Positions 63,501 to 64,000 of a stretch of DNA of 64,000 nt are shown here, piece by piece (position 1 is the stretch's first letter; each line of letters starts with the position of its first letter). The notes beneath the pieces were generated by a model. That model was not told the origin of the DNA and searched no databases. It saw only the letters and a list, made by a program, of their open reading frames with translations. A program made the translations under genes and the position numbers. This DNA is from Laetmonice hystrix (Eukaryota). The DNA is taken from NCBI GenBank assembly GCA_965235115.1, contig OZ249452.1, positions 12,710,001 to 12,774,000 on the forward strand, given 5' to 3'.

Positions 63501-64000
63501 AGGGGCCATTTCTCCCTCCTGGGTAATGACTTTAGTTGTGACCTTCTTAGTGACAGTGGCCTGCTGGGCGAAGTCGATGGTTTCTTCAGGCTGGACACCT
63601 TCAGTTGTGTAGGTGACAGTTTCTTCTGTTGTTTCAGGGGCCATTTCACCCTCCTGGGTGATAACTTTAGTTGTGACCTTCTTAGTAACAGTGGCCTGCT
63701 GGGTGAAGTCCATGGTTTCTTCAGGCTGGACACCTTCAGTTGTGTAGGTGACAGTTTCTTCTGTTGTTTCAGGGGCCATTTCACCCTCCTGGGTGATAAC
63801 TTTAGTTGTGACCTTCTTAGTGACAGTGGCCTGCTGGGTGAAGTCCATGGTTTCTTCAGGCTGGACACCTTCGGTTGTGTAGGTGACAGTTTCTTCTGTT
63901 GTTTCAGGGGGCATTTCTCCCTCCTGGGTAATGACTTTAGTTGTGACCTTCTTAGTGACAGTGGCCTGCTGGGTGAAGTCCATGGTTTCTTCAGGCTGGA
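271..64000 (-). CDS. TTN: Giant titin/connectin-like multi-Ig muscle protein gene (partial, open at both window ends; 75-exon in-frame chain)
   Basis: About 45 I-set Ig domains, PEVK-like linkers and an N2A-like KGKW module. Intron phases match from 63371 down to 271. Titin-family assignment is strong; strict orthology to vertebrate TTN is inference. Confidence 0.85.
797..1063 (-). CDS. Ig exon, array copy
   Basis: 267 nt, phase 1-1. Confidence 0.92.
1328..1594 (-). CDS. Ig exon, array copy
   Basis: 267 nt, phase 1-1. Confidence 0.92.
1862..2128 (-). CDS. Ig exon, array copy
   Basis: 267 nt, phase 1-1. Confidence 0.92.
2405..2671 (-). CDS. Ig exon, array copy
   Basis: 267 nt, phase 1-1. 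Confidence 0.92.
2936..3202 (-). CDS. Ig exon, array copy
   Basis: 267 nt, phase 1-1. Confidence 0.92.
3448..3714 (-). CDS. Ig exon, array copy
   Basis: 267 nt, phase 1-1. Confidence 0.92.
4004..4270 (-). CDS. Ig exon (diverged member of the tandem array)
   Basis: 267 nt, phase 1-1. Confidence 0.92.
4965..5228 (-). CDS. Ig exon
   Basis: 264 nt, phase 1-1. Confidence 0.92.
5478..5744 (-). CDS. Ig exon
   Basis: 267 nt, phase 1-1. Confidence 0.92.
6679..6945 (-). CDS. Ig exon
   Basis: 267 nt, phase 1-1. Confidence 0.92.
7839..8102 (-). CDS. Ig exon
   Basis: 264 nt, phase 1-1. Confidence 0.92.
8760..9353 (-). CDS. 594-nt exon: Ser/Asp-rich linker plus divergent Ig
   Basis: CATG|gtaact donor; acceptor taaag|CT inferred from phase 1 (less certain). 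Confidence 0.72.
11147..17365 (-). CDS. Giant 6219-nt exon, disordered E/S/T/D-rich (2073 codons); read-through gives a stop at 11139-11141
   Basis: ctttcctcaacacag|TG acceptor; AAAG|gtaaat donor; phase 1-1; ORF 11139-17366. Confidence 0.85.
13920..14345. repeat. 117-bp (39-aa) coding tandem repeat, about 3.5 copies, inside the giant exon
   Basis: VTLQVSDEGVPSTDAGQLVEESVAPGEEETSVEESNEVR unit; tgtaatgtgact recurs at 117-bp spacing. Confidence 0.9.
18399..18665 (-). CDS. Ig exon (I83-like position)
   Basis: 267 nt, phase 1-1. Confidence 0.9.
19045..19311 (-). CDS. Ig exon (I82-like position)
   Basis: 267 nt, phase 1-1. Confidence 0.92.
19660..19918 (-). CDS. Ig exon (I81-like position)
   Basis: 259 nt, phase 0->1. 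Confidence 0.9.
20165..20528 (-). CDS. Unique charged sequence exon (UN2A position)
   Basis: catatttcag|T...GAG|gtgagt; phase 2->0. Confidence 0.88.
20595..20984. repeat. Intronic ~32-bp minisatellite (taggatgaaattactctagagtgttctgaacc), about 11 copies
   Basis: Direct tandem copies with two 33-bp variant units. Confidence 0.95.
21028..21655 (-). CDS. Two-Ig exon; second Ig carries the KGKW signature (titin I80 / MyBP-C C1 type)
   Basis: VTWSKGKWKQM ... EDWKAALKET; phase 1->2. Confidence 0.92.
22911..23083 (-). CDS. Ig C-half exon
   Basis: 173 nt, phase 2->1. Confidence 0.88.
24161..24275 (-). CDS. Ig N-half exon (KKEIPKFLRKP...PTVEW)
   Basis: 115 nt, phase 1->2; not in ORF track. Confidence 0.88.
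24555..24739 (-). CDS. Ig C-half exon
   Basis: 185 nt, phase 2->1. Confidence 0.88.
25021..25135 (-). CDS. Ig N-half exon (RLEKPVFTR...PEITW)
   Basis: 115 nt, phase 1->2. Confidence 0.88.
26477..26515 (-). CDS. 39-nt linker micro-exon (D)KPAEEPKGKPQK
   Basis: ctctctcctgcaaacacag|AC...AAAG|gtgggt; phase 1-1. Confidence 0.7.
27634..27800 (-). CDS. Ig exon, unit 16, second part
   Basis: 167 nt, phase 2->1; 77+167=244. Confidence 0.88.
27930..28006 (-). CDS. Ig exon, unit 16, first part (TLVENDQ...QITWYR)
   Basis: 77 nt, phase 0->2. Confidence 0.85.
28195..28385 (-). CDS. PEVK-like linker exon, unit 16
   Basis: 191 nt, phase 1->0; ends GHPEFITVYKED. Confidence 0.85.
28508..28751 (-). CDS. 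Ig exon, unit 15
   Basis: 244 nt, phase 0->1. Confidence 0.9.
28943..29136 (-). CDS. PEVK-like linker exon, unit 15
   Basis: 194 nt, phase 1->0. Confidence 0.85.
29411..29654 (-). CDS. Ig exon, unit 14
   Basis: 244 nt, phase 0->1. Confidence 0.9.
29846..30063 (-). CDS. PEVK-like linker exon, unit 14
   Basis: 218 nt, phase 1->0; ORF track shows the wrong frame here. Confidence 0.85.
30302..30545 (-). CDS. Ig exon, unit 13
   Basis: 244 nt, phase 0->1. Confidence 0.9.
30718..31031 (-). CDS. PEVK-like linker exon, unit 13
   Basis: 314 nt, phase 1->0. Confidence 0.88.
31180..31423 (-). CDS. Ig exon, unit 12
   Basis: 244 nt, phase 0->1. Confidence 0.9.
31588..31937 (-). CDS. PEVK-like linker exon, unit 12
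   Basis: 350 nt, phase 1->0. Confidence 0.88.
32092..32335 (-). CDS. Ig exon, unit 11
   Basis: 244 nt, phase 0->1. Confidence 0.9.
32499..32848 (-). CDS. PEVK-like linker exon, unit 11
   Basis: 350 nt, phase 1->0. Confidence 0.88.
33005..33248 (-). CDS. Ig exon, unit 10
   Basis: 244 nt, phase 0->1. Confidence 0.9.
33413..33762 (-). CDS. PEVK-like linker exon, unit 10
   Basis: 350 nt, phase 1->0. Confidence 0.88.
33910..34153 (-). CDS. Ig exon, unit 9
   Basis: 244 nt, phase 0->1. Confidence 0.9.
34316..34665 (-). CDS. PEVK-like linker exon, unit 9
   Basis: 350 nt, phase 1->0. Confidence 0.88.
34820..35063 (-). CDS. Ig exon, unit 8
   Basis: 244 nt, phase 0->1. Confidence 0.9.
35228..35577 (-). 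CDS. PEVK-like linker exon, unit 8
   Basis: 350 nt, phase 1->0. Confidence 0.88.
35725..35968 (-). CDS. Ig exon, unit 7
   Basis: 244 nt, phase 0->1. Confidence 0.9.
36131..36480 (-). CDS. PEVK-like linker exon, unit 7
   Basis: 350 nt, phase 1->0. Confidence 0.88.
36636..36879 (-). CDS. Ig exon, unit 6
   Basis: 244 nt, phase 0->1. Confidence 0.9.
37043..37392 (-). CDS. PEVK-like linker exon, unit 6
   Basis: 350 nt, phase 1->0. Confidence 0.88.
37549..37792 (-). CDS. Ig exon, unit 5
   Basis: 244 nt, phase 0->1. Confidence 0.9.
37953..38386 (-). CDS. PEVK-like linker exon, unit 5
   Basis: 434 nt, phase 1->0. Confidence 0.88.
38527..38770 (-). CDS. Ig exon, unit 4
   Basis: 244 nt, phase 0->1. 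Confidence 0.9.
38932..39359 (-). CDS. PEVK-like linker exon, unit 4
   Basis: 428 nt, phase 1->0. Confidence 0.88.
39501..39744 (-). CDS. Ig exon, unit 3
   Basis: 244 nt, phase 0->1. Confidence 0.9.
39905..40398 (-). CDS. PEVK-like linker exon, unit 3
   Basis: 494 nt, phase 1->0; 8x KEPSPEKP. Confidence 0.88.
40538..40781 (-). CDS. Ig exon, unit 2
   Basis: 244 nt, phase 0->1. Confidence 0.9.
40942..41489 (-). CDS. PEVK-like linker exon, unit 2
   Basis: 548 nt, phase 1->0; 9x KEPSPEKP. Confidence 0.88.
41627..41870 (-). CDS. Ig exon, unit 1
   Basis: 244 nt, phase 0->1. Confidence 0.9.
41991..42295 (-). CDS. PEVK-like linker exon, unit 1
   Basis: phase 1->0; ends PEFTEVFQEV. Confidence 0.8.
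42498..43041 (-). CDS. Two-Ig exon
   Basis: ttttcatag|ACG...ATTG|gtaagt; phase 0->1. Confidence 0.9.
43306..43667 (-). CDS. Ig exon plus A strand of the next Ig
   Basis: GAG-CAG tandem acceptor; donor GTG|gtgagt; phase 1->0. Confidence 0.88.
44207..44491 (-). CDS. Ig exon
   Basis: gaccctgcag|CT...CTAG|gtacac; phase 1-1. Confidence 0.9.
47029..47109. promoter_or_regulatory. Cluster of CRE-like bZIP motifs
   Basis: TGACGTCA at 47029 and 47102; TTACGTCA at 47041 and 47059; TTACGTTA at 47051; function is inference only. Confidence 0.35.
47259..47299 (-). terminator. Cluster of three AATAAA hexamers (candidate poly(A) signal for the alternative terminal exon)
   Basis: Plus-strand TTTATT at 47259, 47286 and 47294; GT-rich tract further downstream at about 47115-47170. 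Confidence 0.45.
47529..47716 (-). CDS. Candidate alternative terminal exon encoding hydrophobic membrane tail anchor
   Basis: ttttttgtcttgattacag|GT acceptor in phase 1; 61 aa with a 24-residue uncharged segment, then QR-stop; three AATAAA downstream. Confidence 0.55.
49217..49635 (-). CDS. Ig C-terminal half plus one full Ig exon
   Basis: ggttacag|C...CAAG|gtttgt; phase 2->1. Confidence 0.9.
49847..50016 (-). CDS. Ig N-terminal half exon
   Basis: gtgttcag|CTG...ACAT|gtatgt; phase 0->2. Confidence 0.85.
50407..50543 (-). CDS. 137-nt exon with IQ calmodulin-binding motif (AAVKIQAAFRGMQARQ)
   Basis: ttggaatag|AA...GAG|gtaagg; phase 1->0; matches IQxxxRGxxxR; not in ORF track. Confidence 0.88.
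51333..51615 (-). CDS. Ig exon
   Basis: IFLEAPQD...FVCRVAGTPPPKVVWY...DAGVYTVEASN; phase 0->1. Confidence 0.92.
51981..52674 (-). CDS. 694-nt acidic disordered exon ending QDLRRISRVEE
   Basis: cccattatag|A...GAG|gtttgt; phase 2->0. Confidence 0.85.
53144..53230 (-). CDS. 87-nt micro-exon SNTGPVQHPGPVQKDFRSILKKRDASEV (DFRxxL motif)
   Basis: aattccggcag|G...GTAAA|gtaagc; phase 2-2. Confidence 0.82.
53721..53792 (-). CDS. 72-nt micro-exon RKAAPRPDRTEQVDFRNVLKSAD (DFRxxL motif)
   Basis: ttttcatggcag|G...ACAA|gtaagt; phase 2-2. Confidence 0.82.
54307..54361 (-). CDS. 55-nt micro-exon VTETKQDLRETLTSTTE
   Basis: cgtcaccag|GT...AAAT|gtaagt; phase 1->2. Confidence 0.72.
56925..57120 (-). CDS. Ig C-terminal half exon (IVWSHN...DAGSYKIVARN)
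   Basis: gccacag|ATT...AACC|gtgagt; phase 0->1. Confidence 0.9.
57248..57372 (-). CDS. Ig N-terminal half exon (APSVVSKPKAQ...ILGSPKPE)
   Basis: ccttgcag|CC...GAG|gtatga; phase 1->0; not in ORF track. Confidence 0.88.
57918..58226 (-). CDS. Ig exon
   Basis: PQFLQPL...FECSISGNPKPNVAWF...DTGRYTCVAKN; phase 1-1. Confidence 0.92.
58476..60284 (-). CDS. 1809-nt exon: acidic Glu/Ser-rich region plus C-terminal SH3 domain
   Basis: ccttccag|GA...ACAA|gtaagg, phase 1-1; SH3 signature AISSYDP...WWLV...EGWVPGSFL at about 58545-58713. Confidence 0.9.
60928..61004 (-). CDS. 77-nt exon ITQDVVDSAEMTTDVTEQVQTMVIQ
   Basis: ccttgtcag|A...CAAG|gtaggt; phase 2->1. Confidence 0.8.
61338..61362 (-). CDS. 25-nt micro-exon (V)EEAQIQM(Q)
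   Basis: gttgtttcag|TGGAGG...ATGCA|gtaagt; phase 1->2 bridges the flanking exons exactly. Confidence 0.75.
63371..64000 (-). CDS. Exon (5' end outside window): Thr/Glu/Val-rich 45-aa tandem repeats
   Basis: ORF 63258-63983; donor CAAG|gtacac, phase 1. Confidence 0.85.
63440..64000. repeat. 135-bp (45-aa) coding tandem repeat, at least 4 copies, runs off the window
   Basis: catggtttct at 63711, 63846 and 63981. Confidence 0.95.

Overview
Eukaryotic (animal, probably invertebrate; species not determinable from sequence alone) genomic DNA. The whole window lies inside one giant titin-family muscle gene on the minus strand, which is open at both ends. Reading AG/GT sites by hand gives a phase-consistent chain of 75 coding exons (about 28.2 kb CDS, about 9,400 aa, about 45 I-set Ig domains; no FN3 or kinase domain in the window). 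Order N to C: 45-aa Thr/Glu repeats; acidic region plus SH3; 2 Ig; micro-exons carrying DFRxxL actin-binding-type motifs; Ig; IQ motif; Igs; 16 tandem [PEVK-like linker + Ig] two-exon units; Igs; an N2A/MyBP-C-like module (KGKW Ig, unique sequence, 3 Ig); a 6.2-kb exon; tandem Ig exons, including a recent ~530-bp duplication array. The most notable candidates are (i) an alternative terminal exon at 47529-47716 encoding a hydrophobic tail anchor with downstream AATAAA signals, (ii) DFRxxL/IQ micro-exons largely missed by the ORF track, and (iii) a giant exon whose splice donor overlaps a stop codon and an AATAAA. Most plus-strand ORFs in the track are antisense shadows of these exons.
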